The position numbers and the translations under genes are program-made. The notes under the pieces are model-generated. The model did not search any database. It had not been told where the DNA came from and worked only from the letters and a program-made list of their open reading frames with translations. A stretch of DNA of 58,997 bases from an uncultured Bacillota bacterium (GTDB taxonomy: Bacteria > Bacillota_I > Bacilli_A > RF39 > UBA660): contig CANSWR010000003.1 of the NCBI GenBank assembly GCA_947650795.1, positions 1 to 58,997 of the forward strand. Reading direction: 5' to 3'. Below, one piece after another: positions 38,252-47,875 of the stretch; the stretch's first letter is position 1, and each line of letters starts with the position of its first letter.

Positions 38252-41194
38252 TTATTCTTTTATTTCTTCAAGTTTAACACTTACTAGTTTACTTACACCA
38301 CTTTCTTGCATGGTTATACCATATAATAAATCAAGGTATTCCATAGTTTTCTTTTTATGTGTAATTACTAATAATTGAGTTCTTCCTTTATATGAATTTA
38401 TATATTTACCAAATTTATCTACATTTACCTCGTCTAAAGCACTTTCAACTTCGTCAAGTATAACAAAAGGTACGTTTTTTAGGTTAAGAATTGCGAATAA
38501 TAAGCTTATTGCAGTTAAAGTCTTTTCGCCGCCACTTAATAAACTTAGTGCACCTGGATTTTTTCCAGCAGGGTTAGCAACTATTTCTATACCCGTTTCT
38601 AATACATTAGTTGGATCTGTCATTTCAAGATGTGCTTCTCCTCCACCAAATAAGTCTTTGAATACTTTGGAGAATTCTACATTAACCTTTTTAAATGTAG
38701 AAGCGAATTTATCTATCATCACATCATCCATTTCTCTGATAATATTTAATAGATTTTCTACACTCGTCTTTAAGTCTTGTTTTTGATTGTTAAGGAAATT
38801 AAACCTGTTATTTATTCTATCAAATTCTTCTATACTTCCTAAATTTACTTCTCCTAAAGATTTTATTGTACGTTTTAAATCAGTTATTATGTTTCTTGCT
38901 TCTTCTATTTCTATATCAAGTGTATAATTATTTCTAGCATGTTCGAAAGTCATTCCATATTCTTCATTTAATCTATTTAAGTAATTGTCTAAATTCATAT
39001 TTAATTTAGCTTCTTTAATATTTAAGTTTTGAATTTTATTTTCTAACTCTTTATGTTTTGATGAAAACACTTTATTAGAGTTTTCTTTTTCTTCTATGTT
39101 TTCAATTAAATTATGTCTTTCTTCTTCTAATTCAGACATTTTGTTTTCTAATATATTTTTTTCTTTTTCTATTTCGTAATATTTGTTAGTTATTTTATCT
39201 AATTCGCTAGAGGTAGTACTTTCATTATTTGATAGAGCATTTATTTCGTCAATGACTTTATCTAATAAAAGTTTTTCTTCTTCTACTTTTGTTAATGAAG
39301 TTTTATTTGTTTCAGTTAATTTCAATAGTTTTAAGTTTATATCATATATTTCTTTTTTTATTATATTTAGATTTTCTTCTTTTTCTTTTAGTTTTTCTTC
39401 TTTTAAAAACATTTCATTTTCAATAAGTTTTATATTTTTTGTTATTGTGTCTAATTCTGTTTTTTCATTAGATATGTTGCTAGTATTCTTGCTTCCTCCA
39501 GTTAGTGAACCGCCTACATGAATTATTTCTCCATCTAAGGTTACTACTCTATATCTTGAATTTATTGTTTTGCTAATTTTTAATGCAACGTCCATGTTTT
39601 CAGCTACGATTATATTTCCTAATACATTTAATATGATGTTTTCGTATTCGTTACTGTATGTTATTAAGTCAGATGCTACCCCGATGTATCCATTTTCTGA
39701 TTTAATTTGATCAATCGTTGCTTGATCAATATTTTTTGGTTTTATTAAATTTAATGGAAAGAATGTAACTCTACCTTTTTTTGCTCGTTTAAGATATTCA
39801 ACAGCAGTTTTAGCGTCTTTATCAGTTTTAGTAACTACATAGTTGACACTTCCGCCTAAAGCAGTATCTATAGCTTCAAGATATTTTTCTTCTACGTTTA
39901 TTAAAGAACCTATTACATTTATTATACCAGTTAAACTTGGATTATTTAGAACACTTTTAACTGAGTATGGAATTTTAGCCATATTTTCAATATTAAATTC
40001 GATGATTTCTTTTCTGCTTATTAATTCAAATTTCTTTTTAGTAAATGTTTCTATATCACTTTTTAACATTATAGTTTCTTTTGTCAACTTTTCTAAGTCT
40101 GTTGTTAGTGAATTTAATTTTGCATTAGTTTCCTTAGCGTTACTTAAATCATTTTCGTATTTTAGTTTTAATGTTTCAAACGAGTTACTAAGTTTTAGTC
40201 TTTCTTCTTTTAATTTGCTTAGATTTTCTTGAATTTGATTACTTGTTTTATCATATTTGCTTCTTTCTTTTAGTAGTTCTTTTTTTGCTCCTATGTCGTT
40301 AAGTTTTTCTGTGGTTTCTATTAGATCTCTTTGTGTTTTAGAAACTTCTGTATCTAATTCTGTCCTTTTCGCTTTCATTTGTTCTAATTTTGTTTTTTCT
40401 TCTATATCTATGTTGGCAATTTCTAATAAATTTAGTTCTAAATCTTCTCTTTCTTTTTTTGATAAATTGTATTCTTCACTTAGGGTTGCTATGTCTGTGG
40501 CAAGGAGTGCTATTTCTACTGTTTCAAGTTTTTCTTTGTTCTCTTTATAGATTTTCGCTTTTTTCGCTTGTTCTTCTAATGGTGTTATTTGTAATTCTAG
40601 TTCATCTATAATCATATTTACTCTTTCTAAGTTTTCGTTTGTTTTAGAAAGGCGTCTAAGGGTTTCTTCTTTTCTTTTTTTGTATTTTATTACTCCAGCA
40701 GCGTCTTCAAATATTACTCTTCTGTCTTCTGGACGACCATCTAATATTTCACTTATTTTTCCTTGAGGAATAATACTTAAACTTTCTTTAGATGAAAATG
40801 AATCCACAAATAAATCTGTTATATCTTTTAATCTTACTTTTTCTTTATTAATATAATACTCATTTTCTCCAGTTTTGTAGACAGTACGTTTTATTTCTAT
40901 TTCTGAATAATCTAGCGGTAGACTTTTATCTAAGTTATCTAGCACTAGGGAAACGGAAGCGCTTCTTGATGGTTCTCTAGTTTTTGAACCGTTAAAAATA
41001 CAATCTGTCATTCCGTTAGATCCTCTTAAAGTTTTTACTGATTGCTCGCCCATTACCCATTTTAGTGCGTCTACAATGTTACTTTTTCCGCTTCCGTTAG
41101 GCCCGACTATTCCTGTAAAGTTTCTATTAAGCTCCAAATTAACTTTATCAGCAAAACTTTTAAATCCATTTATTTTTATTTCTTTTATATACAT
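38252..41194 (-). CDS. smc: Chromosome segregation protein SMC (short, 980 aa)
   Basis: GPNGSGKSN, hinge GRVTF.PL, LSGGEK, LDEVESALD. Confidence 0.96.
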   Translation of the reverse strand: MYIKEIKINGFKSFADKVNLELNRNFTGIVGPNGSGKSNIVDALKWVMGEQSVKTLRGSNGMTDCIFNGSKTREPSRSASVSLVLDNLDKSLPLDYSEIEIKRTVYKTGENEYYINKEKVRLKDITDLFVDSFSSKESLSIIPQGKISEILDGRPEDRRVIFEDAAGVIKYKKRKEETLRRLSKTNENLERVNMIIDELELQITPLEEQAKKAKIYKENKEKLETVEIALLATDIATLSEEYNLSKKEREDLELNLLEIANIDIEEKTKLEQMKAKRTELDTEVSKTQRDLIETTEKLNDIGAKKELLKERSKYDKTSNQIQENLSKLKEERLKLSNSFETLKLKYENDLSNAKETNAKLNSLTTDLEKLTKETIMLKSDIETFTKKKFELISRKEIIEFNIENMAKIPYSVKSVLNNPSLTGIINVIGSLINVEEKYLEAIDTALGGSVNYVVTKTDKDAKTAVEYLKRAKKGRVTFFPLNLIKPKNIDQATIDQIKSENGYIGVASDLITYSNEYENIILNVLGNIIVAENMDVALKISKTINSRYRVVTLDGEIIHVGGSLTGGSKNTSNISNEKTELDTITKNIKLIENEMFLKEEKLKEKEENLNIIKKEIYDINLKLLKLTETNKTSLTKVEEEKLLLDKVIDEINALSNNESTTSSELDKITNKYYEIEKEKNILENKMSELEEERHNLIENIEEKENSNKVFSSKHKELENKIQNLNIKEAKLNMNLDNYLNRLNEEYGMTFEHARNNYTLDIEIEEARNIITDLKRTIKSLGEVNLGSIEEFDRINNRFNFLNNQKQDLKTSVENLLNIIREMDDVMIDKFASTFKKVNVEFSKVFKDLFGGGEAHLEMTDPTNVLETGIEIVANPAGKNPGALSLLSGGEKTLTAISLLFAILNLKNVPFVILDEVESALDEVNVDKFGKYINSYKGRTQLLVITHKKKTMEYLDLLYGITMQESGVSKLVSVKLEEIKE

Positions 41195-41205
41195 AATGTA
41201 CTCCT

Positions 41206-41847
41206 TTATGCTCGTTTGTTTATTGCTTCTTTCGCAGCGTGTTGTTCTGCTTCTTTTTTGCTTCTTCCTGTTCCTTCTCCAAATACCATTCCATCTATTA
41301 TTACTCTTACTACAAAATATTTTTTGTGAGCAGGCCCGCCTTCTTTTACTACTACATATTCAACACTCTTTTTTTCAGTTTGAACAAGTTCTTGTAGGGT
41401 ACTTTTGTAATCCATTAAAAAGTCTACATCACTTTCGATGTATGGTACTATTAAAGTCTTAAAAAAATACTCAACTGTTTGTAATCCTTTTTCTAAATAT
41501 ATAGCTCCAATTAGTGCTTCAAAGACATCTGCAATTACTGTTTTGTTAGCTTCTTTTACACCATTTCCTACTTTTATATAATTTTTAAGGTTAATTTCTT
41601 TGGAATATTCGTACAAGGCATTTTCGCAAACATAAAGACTTCTTTTTCTACTCATTTCTCCTTCTGAATATTTATCTGTTTTATATATGTAGTCTGATGA
41701 CACTAATTCTAGTACTGCGTCTCCTAAAAATTCTAATCTTTCATATGATTCTACCCCATGTTCATTCGCATAAGATGTATGAGTAAGTGCTAAGTCAAGT
41801 AATCTGCTATTTTCCATATGTATCCCATATTTTTCTAGTTCTTTCAT
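41206..41847 (-). CDS. rnc: Ribonuclease III
   Basis: ERLEFLGDAVL, ADVFEALIGA, dsRBD. Confidence 0.97.
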   Translation of the reverse strand: MKELEKYGIHMENSRLLDLALTHTSYANEHGVESYERLEFLGDAVLELVSSDYIYKTDKYSEGEMSRKRSLYVCENALYEYSKEINLKNYIKVGNGVKEANKTVIADVFEALIGAIYLEKGLQTVEYFFKTLIVPYIESDVDFLMDYKSTLQELVQTEKKSVEYVVVKEGGPAHKKYFVVRVIIDGMVFGEGTGRSKKEAEQHAAKEAINKRA

Positions 41848-41932
41848 CTTTACCTCCTTTAATATTATAGCAAATATTTAAAAAGAAGAAAATAGTTATT
41901 TATTTTTACTTATTTTTCTAGTATAATACTTA

Positions 41933-42163
41933 ATGATAGTTATGAGAAAATTCCTAATTTATTTAATTAATTTATATCAAAAAACTCCACTTCATTCTCA
42001 TTTTGTTTGTAGGTTTATTCCTACATGTAGTGAGTATATGAAGATTTCTATAGAAAGGTTTGGAGCTTTGAAGGGTTTGTTTTTAGGAATTAAAAGATTG
42101 CTTAGGTGTCATCCATTTGGAAAAAGTGGTATAGATATGGTACCAGAAAGAGAGAAAAGATGA
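41933..42163 (+). CDS. yidD: Membrane protein insertion efficiency factor
   Basis: CRFIPTCSEY, RLLRCHPF. Confidence 0.92.
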   Translation: MIVMRKFLIYLINLYQKTPLHSHFVCRFIPTCSEYMKISIERFGALKGLFLGIKRLLRCHPFGKSGIDMVPEREKR

Positions 42164-43017
42164 AAAAGTTTTTTGTAATTTTGTTGGGGGTTCTTTTAAT
42201 TAGTGGTTGTAGTTTTAATGAAAGTAGTGAAAATTTGACAATTTATTCTACTTATTATCCTATTGAGTTTGCTACTTCTTATATGTATAAAGATTATAGT
42301 ACGATTTCTAGTATTTACCCAAGTGGCGCTGATATAGAGAGCTATTCTCTTACTGATAAACAAAAAGATATTTATTCTAAAGGAGATTTATTTGTTTACG
42401 CGGGTGTTACTAAAGAAGTTGATTTAGCAGTTAAATTTTTAAATACTAATTCGGAGCTTAGAATAATAGACGCTACTAAGGGTTTGAATTATAATATTGG
42501 GGTTGAAGAATTGTGGTTAGATCCATCAAATTATCTTATGATAGCTAGAAATATTAAGTCTACTCTTTTAGATTATGAAAAGAATGTTTATAATCAAAAT
42601 AAAATACAAACATTATATGATGATTTAAAAATCAAAATTAGTGAGCTTGATGTAGATTTAACTATGATGGGCAAAAATGCTGCAAGAAAATCTTTATTAG
42701 TTACTGATGATGCGTTTAATTTCTTGTCTAAATATAATATAGAAGTTATTTCTTTAGATCCTAATAATAAAAATCTTACTAAAGCATATAACGATGCGAG
42801 AAAATATATTTCTGAAGGAAGTATTAAGTATGTGTTTACAATGGGAGATACTCAGTTGTCAGATGAAGTAGAGAATTTTATTTCTTCTTATCAATTAGAG
42901 AAGTTAGCAATTGATCCTATGTATACTTTAAGTGATGATCAAAGAAGAGATAATATAGATTATTTGAAGGTAATGGAAAATAATATAAGTAAATTTAAAA
43001 CAGAACTCTTTAGATAG
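42160..43017 (+). CDS. ZnuA/AdcA-fold ABC substrate-binding lipoprotein with altered ligands
   Basis: Lipobox LISGC, YP, IYPSGAD, WLDP, Y..VM.NN; ATGA overlap with yidD. Confidence 0.85.
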   Translation: MKKFFVILLGVLLISGCSFNESSENLTIYSTYYPIEFATSYMYKDYSTISSIYPSGADIESYSLTDKQKDIYSKGDLFVYAGVTKEVDLAVKFLNTNSELRIIDATKGLNYNIGVEELWLDPSNYLMIARNIKSTLLDYEKNVYNQNKIQTLYDDLKIKISELDVDLTMMGKNAARKSLLVTDDAFNFLSKYNIEVISLDPNNKNLTKAYNDARKYISEGSIKYVFTMGDTQLSDEVENFISSYQLEKLAIDPMYTLSDDQRRDNIDYLKVMENNISKFKTELFR

Positions 43018-43026
43018 GGTTCTGTT
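43000..43026. terminator. Bidirectional terminator hairpin
   Basis: ACAGAACTCT / AGGGTTCTGT between convergent genes. Confidence 0.6.
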
Positions 43027-43471
43027 ATTTTTGTAATTTGTAAACTTTCTCTTCTTTAACGTATTGATTTAAGACTTTTTTAATTATGTTAATATCAGTT
43101 ATTGTTTCTGACATAGGTATTAATACAATATCATTTTTTAATATACCACCATTTGGAGCGCTATATGTAATTGTTCCATCTTTGTTTATATTTTTTGTAG
43201 CAGATATTGTTTTATAAGTTATTTCTCTTAAAACGACTACTTTCTTACCTATTACTACGCCTTCAGACATTGATTCATATTCTCCAGTTTTTGGATTTAG
43301 ATATGCTGGCAAAATAGTAATTTCATAGTTTTTGTCATCTAATTCCAATGAAGTACTTATAATTGTATCTATACTTTGAATAGTTCTATTAGAAATGAAA
43401 GAACAAGCTGTCAAATTCAATGACAATAAACTTGCTAAACTCCAGCATAAAAATCTTTCTTTTTTAGTCAT
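43025..43471 (-). CDS. Hypothetical lipoprotein
   Basis: Lipobox LTAC; AAGGAG RBS. Confidence 0.7.
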   Translation of the reverse strand: MTKKERFLCWSLASLLSLNLTACSFISNRTIQSIDTIISTSLELDDKNYEITILPAYLNPKTGEYESMSEGVVIGKKVVVLREITYKTISATKNINKDGTITYSAPNGGILKNDIVLIPMSETITDINIIKKVLNQYVKEEKVYKLQK

Positions 43472-43526
43472 CTTATTAACTCCTTCTTTGACACGATTAC
43501 AACTGTATCACATTTATATTTTATTG

Positions 43527-44528
43527 TCAATTTGAAAGTTTATCTATGCCTAAATAATCATATGTTTTATCTGTAACTTGTCTTCCACGTGTTGTTCTTT
43601 TTATGAAACCTTCTTGTAAAAGAAATGGCTCTATAACGTCCTCAATAGTTGTTTGTTCTTCTCCAATTGAGGCAGCTATACTTTCTATTCCAACTGGACC
43701 ACCATTGAATTTATTTATAAGACTTTCTAAATATTCTATGTCTGTGCTGTCTAAACCATATTCGTCTACATGTAATCTGTTTAAGCTAGAGTTTGTTATT
43801 TCTGAATTAATAATTCCGTCTCCATTTACTAGTGCAAAATCGCTAACTCTTTTAAGAAGTCTGTTTGCTATTCTAGGTGTTTTTCTGCTACGCCTTGCTA
43901 TTATAGTGGCAGCTTCATCATCTATAGTTAAATCAAGAACTCTTGCACTTCTTTTGACAATGCTAGTTAATTCTTCTGTAGTATAATAATTTAATTTACA
44001 AGTAATGCCAAATCTGTCTCTTAATGGGCTAGATAAATCTCCGGCACGAGTGGTTGCACCTACTAATGTAAATGGAGGCAAATCTATTTTAATGCTTCTA
44101 CTTTGTCCGTCACTACCTATTACTAAGTCTAATTTAAAGTCTTCCATAGCACTATATAGAATTTCTTCTATGTATTTAGGTATTCTATGAATTTCATCTA
44201 TAAATAAAACATCATAGGGTTCAAGAGTACTTAGTATTGCTGCTAAGTCGCCACTTTTTTCTATTGTTGGCCCACTTGCAGTTTTTATCCCAACTTCTAA
44301 TTCGTTTGCAATTATATGAGATAATGTAGTTTTTCCTAATCCAGGAGGCCCATATAATAAGACATGGTCCAAAGAAACGTTTCTCATTTTTGCAGCACTT
44401 ACAAAGACTTTGATATTTTCTTTTACATCTTTTTGTCCTATATATTCATCAAAACTTCCTGGTCTTATAGTTTTTTCAAATGAATCTCCTTCTTGATATT
44501 CTGCTGTTTTTACTATATCTTCGTCCAT
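43527..44528 (-). CDS. ruvB: Holliday junction helicase RuvB
   Basis: GPPGLGKTT, FIDEIHR, PLRDRFG, EPFLLQ. Confidence 0.98.
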   Translation of the reverse strand: MDEDIVKTAEYQEGDSFEKTIRPGSFDEYIGQKDVKENIKVFVSAAKMRNVSLDHVLLYGPPGLGKTTLSHIIANELEVGIKTASGPTIEKSGDLAAILSTLEPYDVLFIDEIHRIPKYIEEILYSAMEDFKLDLVIGSDGQSRSIKIDLPPFTLVGATTRAGDLSSPLRDRFGITCKLNYYTTEELTSIVKRSARVLDLTIDDEAATIIARRSRKTPRIANRLLKRVSDFALVNGDGIINSEITNSSLNRLHVDEYGLDSTDIEYLESLINKFNGGPVGIESIAASIGEEQTTIEDVIEPFLLQEGFIKRTTRGRQVTDKTYDYLGIDKLSN

Positions 44529-44538
44529 TACTTGCCTC

Positions 44539-45087
44539 CTATCTAATTAATAATTTGAGTGCTTCTTTTACTTGATCTTCTATAGAAAGTGTTCCATCAA
44601 CTTCAGCAATTACTTTTTTAATATCTGCACCTTTGTATCCTAAACTTTCAAGAACGCTTTTTAATTCTTCGTTAACTACTCTTGTGTCTTGTTTTGCTAC
44701 AAGTTTTCCTTTTAAGTCTAGTATTATCTGTCTAGCTAACTTTTCGCCTACTTTAGGGAATTTTGTTAAATACAATATATTTTCTCTATCTATTGCATCT
44801 AATATTCCATCAATACTTCCTGTTGCTAATATAGGCATAGCTACTTTAGGCCCTAATCCTTTTACATTTAAAAGTTTGAGAAAAAGTTCTCTTTCATCTC
44901 TAGTTTTAAAACCATATAAACTATACTCATCTTCTCTTATATGATTATAAAGATATACTTTTTCTTCTGTTTCTTGTTTAAATACATAAGGGTTAGGAGT
45001 ATATACTTTGAAACCTATTCCATTTGTACTTATAGATATGTGATCACTTTCTATTTCTTCAATTTTTCCATATATAAAATCTAACAT
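44539..45087 (-). CDS. ruvA: Holliday junction protein RuvA
   Basis: IREDE..LYGF, V.GLGPK.A. Confidence 0.95.
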   Translation of the reverse strand: MLDFIYGKIEEIESDHISISTNGIGFKVYTPNPYVFKQETEEKVYLYNHIREDEYSLYGFKTRDERELFLKLLNVKGLGPKVAMPILATGSIDGILDAIDRENILYLTKFPKVGEKLARQIILDLKGKLVAKQDTRVVNEELKSVLESLGYKGADIKKVIAEVDGTLSIEDQVKEALKLLIR

Positions 45088-45220
45088 ATTCTTCACCTAT
45101 TCTCATTTTACAATATTTTTATATATAAAACAAGTGTTTTCTTTACTTTTTGTAAGGTAAGTCAAAATATGATAATTTCATCCAAATATAATGCACTTAT
45201 TTTTATAGGAAACTAAATAC

Positions 45221-45670
45221 TTAAAATATTTCTTTACTATCAAGTATTATTGTTACTGGACCATCATTATATATTTCAACTTTCATGTCACTTCCAAAAA
45301 TTCCTGTTTGTGTTTCAATTCCTTTTTCTTTTAATACTTTGTTCATATAATCATAAAGGTTAGAAGCTTCTGTTTGATTTAAAGCATTAACAAATGATGG
45401 TCTTCTTCCTTTTTTACAATCAGCATATAAAGTGAATTGACTTATATTTAATATACTTCCTTTAATATCTAGCAAACTCAAATTCATTAAATCATTCTCA
45501 TCTTTAAATATTCTTAAATTAATAATTTTTTCAATCATTTTATCAACTATTTCTTTTGTATCACCGTTTGTAAAACTAGATAACAGTACTAATCCTTCTT
45601 CTATTTCTCCATTAATTTTATTATTAATAGTGACTTTACTGTTTTTACTTCTTTGTAATATTACTTTCAT
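45221..45670 (-). CDS. dtd: D-aminoacyl-tRNA deacylase
   Basis: SQFTL, KGRRPSF, NDGPVT. Confidence 0.97.
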   Translation of the reverse strand: MKVILQRSKNSKVTINNKINGEIEEGLVLLSSFTNGDTKEIVDKMIEKIINLRIFKDENDLMNLSLLDIKGSILNISQFTLYADCKKGRRPSFVNALNQTEASNLYDYMNKVLKEKGIETQTGIFGSDMKVEIYNDGPVTIILDSKEIF

Positions 45671-47796
45671 TATCTACTCACCTTACTTATGAATTCTAAA
45701 CTTTCTAAGCTTGTCATAAATTTATCTAATACATTTTTGTTTTTAACTTTGCAAACTAATTCATAGACGCTTTCGTCTTTTATTGTTCCTTTGTTATTTA
45801 TTGATACTATATTTATTTCATCTTTTGTAGCTAATGAAAGTATGTTTATTAAATTATCATTTGAAGAATTTATATAAATATTTATATTAGTGATAAATTT
45901 GTCTAAAAGGTTTTCATTCCATGTTGCTTCTATTATTCTGTCATTATCTAAGTCTACATTTTTACAATTTTTTCTATGAACTTTTACACCATTTCCTTTA
46001 GTAATATATCCTATAATTTCGTCACCTAGCACAGGATTACAACATGAAGCTAGATTTGTTAGTATATCTCCTGAACCCGCGATTAGTATTTTGCCTTTTT
46101 CTGTATTTTTGAATATTTTTTCGTTAGCTAATAATTTATCTATGGCATCATCTTTTTTAGGAGCAAGATATTCTTCTAATCTATTTATGATTACTGAAGG
46201 AGTGTATTTTAGAGTTGCTACTGATATGTATAATTCATTAAGAGACTCAAATTCTTTAAAAACATTGTTTATTAATTCTTCATTTAAAATTTCATGTTCA
46301 TTAAGATGGCGTTTTTTTATTTCATTAGAAAGTAAATACTCGCCTATTTCTATACTTTTTTCTTTTTCTTTTTTGTAGAAGAAAGAACGTATCCTTGATT
46401 TTGCTCCATCAGTTTTTACAAATTTAAGCCATGATTTACTAGGTGTTTTGCCTTTTGCAGTGATTAACTCTAGTATATCTCCATCTTGAAGTTTATAGTC
46501 TAAGCTTACCATTTTTCCATTAGCTTTAGCGCCTGTTGTTGTATTTCCTACTTCTGAATGAATTTTATATGCAAAATCTATAGGTGTGCTATCTATAGGT
46601 AGTTCTATTATATCTCCTTTTGGTGTAAATATATAAATTTCTTCTTTCGTTAAATTTTGACTTAAGTTTTTAAAGAATTCTTTATTATTTTCTTTATCAT
46701 TAACTTCTATTAAAGTTCTAAATGATGCTAATGTGTTTTCAAATTCATTAACTTTACTTCCATCAGTTTTTTCTTTATAACTCCAATGGGATGCTACACC
46801 GTGTTCTGCAATTTCGTGCATTTTATGTGTACGTATTTGTATTTCAAATATTTTTCCGTCCGTTCCAAATATTGTCGTATGTAAACTTTGATAATTATTA
46901 GCTTTAGGGTTTGCTATGTAATCTTTAAATCTTTTTGGAATAGGCCTATATTTTGAATGAACTAATCCTATTGAAAGATAGCATTCTTCTATTTTATCAA
47001 CTAAAATCCTTAGTCCTAGTAAATCATATATTTGTTCCCATTTTTTTCCGACTTTAAGTTTATTATAAATTCCTCTTACACTTTTTACTCTATAAGATAT
47101 TTCATAATTTATACCGTGTTCATCTAATATGCTTTCAAGTTCGTCTTTCATTTTTAATAAAGCGTTTGTTAGCTCGTCGTTATCTGCATTTATTTTATCA
47201 AGTATTTCTTGATATACTTTAGGATCTTTGTTTCTTAGACATAAATCTTCTAATTCACTTTTCATAGTCTTTATTCCAAGTCTATGTGCAATTGGTATAT
47301 AAATTTTTTCTGTTTCATCAATAACTTCTAATATATGATTTCTGTCATGGACATTAATTGAACGCATATTGTCCAATCTATCAGCTAGTTTAATAAATAA
47401 ACTTAATGGATTTTCTGATAGTCCTACAACAATTCTTCTGTATTTGTCTTCATCATTTTTTGTTTTATTAAATGTTCTTTTTAAATGACTTAACTTTGTT
47501 ATAGAGTTTAATATTACAGCAGTATCTTCATTAAATCTTTCTACTAAACTTTCATAATTTGTTTTTTCTAAAGTTATAGCTTCATGTATTAGAGCACATC
47601 CTATGGCCATGTAATCCATTTCCAGGTCTGCTAAAATATTAGCTACTCTTATAGGGTGACATATATAATCTTCACCAGTTAATCTTTTCATTCCAGTATA
47701 TATTTCTTCTGCAAATGAATAGTAATCATTAACAATTTTTAATTCTTCGTCTGTCATATATTTTGAAATCTTTTCTTTCAGTTCTTGGTATATCAT
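45670..47796 (-). CDS. rel: Long RelA/SpoT homolog
   Basis: Synthetase RVK, KDYIANPK, YQSLH, EIQIRT; TGS, ZFD, ACT domains; hydrolase motif reads HE. Confidence 0.95.
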   Translation of the reverse strand: MIYQELKEKISKYMTDEELKIVNDYYSFAEEIYTGMKRLTGEDYICHPIRVANILADLEMDYMAIGCALIHEAITLEKTNYESLVERFNEDTAVILNSITKLSHLKRTFNKTKNDEDKYRRIVVGLSENPLSLFIKLADRLDNMRSINVHDRNHILEVIDETEKIYIPIAHRLGIKTMKSELEDLCLRNKDPKVYQEILDKINADNDELTNALLKMKDELESILDEHGINYEISYRVKSVRGIYNKLKVGKKWEQIYDLLGLRILVDKIEECYLSIGLVHSKYRPIPKRFKDYIANPKANNYQSLHTTIFGTDGKIFEIQIRTHKMHEIAEHGVASHWSYKEKTDGSKVNEFENTLASFRTLIEVNDKENNKEFFKNLSQNLTKEEIYIFTPKGDIIELPIDSTPIDFAYKIHSEVGNTTTGAKANGKMVSLDYKLQDGDILELITAKGKTPSKSWLKFVKTDGAKSRIRSFFYKKEKEKSIEIGEYLLSNEIKKRHLNEHEILNEELINNVFKEFESLNELYISVATLKYTPSVIINRLEEYLAPKKDDAIDKLLANEKIFKNTEKGKILIAGSGDILTNLASCCNPVLGDEIIGYITKGNGVKVHRKNCKNVDLDNDRIIEATWNENLLDKFITNINIYINSSNDNLINILSLATKDEINIVSINNKGTIKDESVYELVCKVKNKNVLDKFMTSLESLEFISKVSR

Positions 47797-47824
47797 GTTT
47801 CTCCTTTCTAATTTTAAAAGTCAA

Positions 47825-47869
47825 AAACGTATATACAGTTACTAGGTAGTAAAACTTGTAAATACGTTT
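47825..47869 (-). terminator. Long imperfect hairpin between secDF and rel
   Basis: AAACGTAT/ATACGTTT outer arms, inner TACA/TGTA and ACTA/TAGT. Confidence 0.45.
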
Positions 47870-47875
47870 CTAAAT

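Noticed and set aside
45127-45140. AAAAC-N4-GTTTT upstream of ruvA as a possible SOS box
   Set aside because: Lacks the GAAC/GTTC consensus and is not repeated before uvrC.
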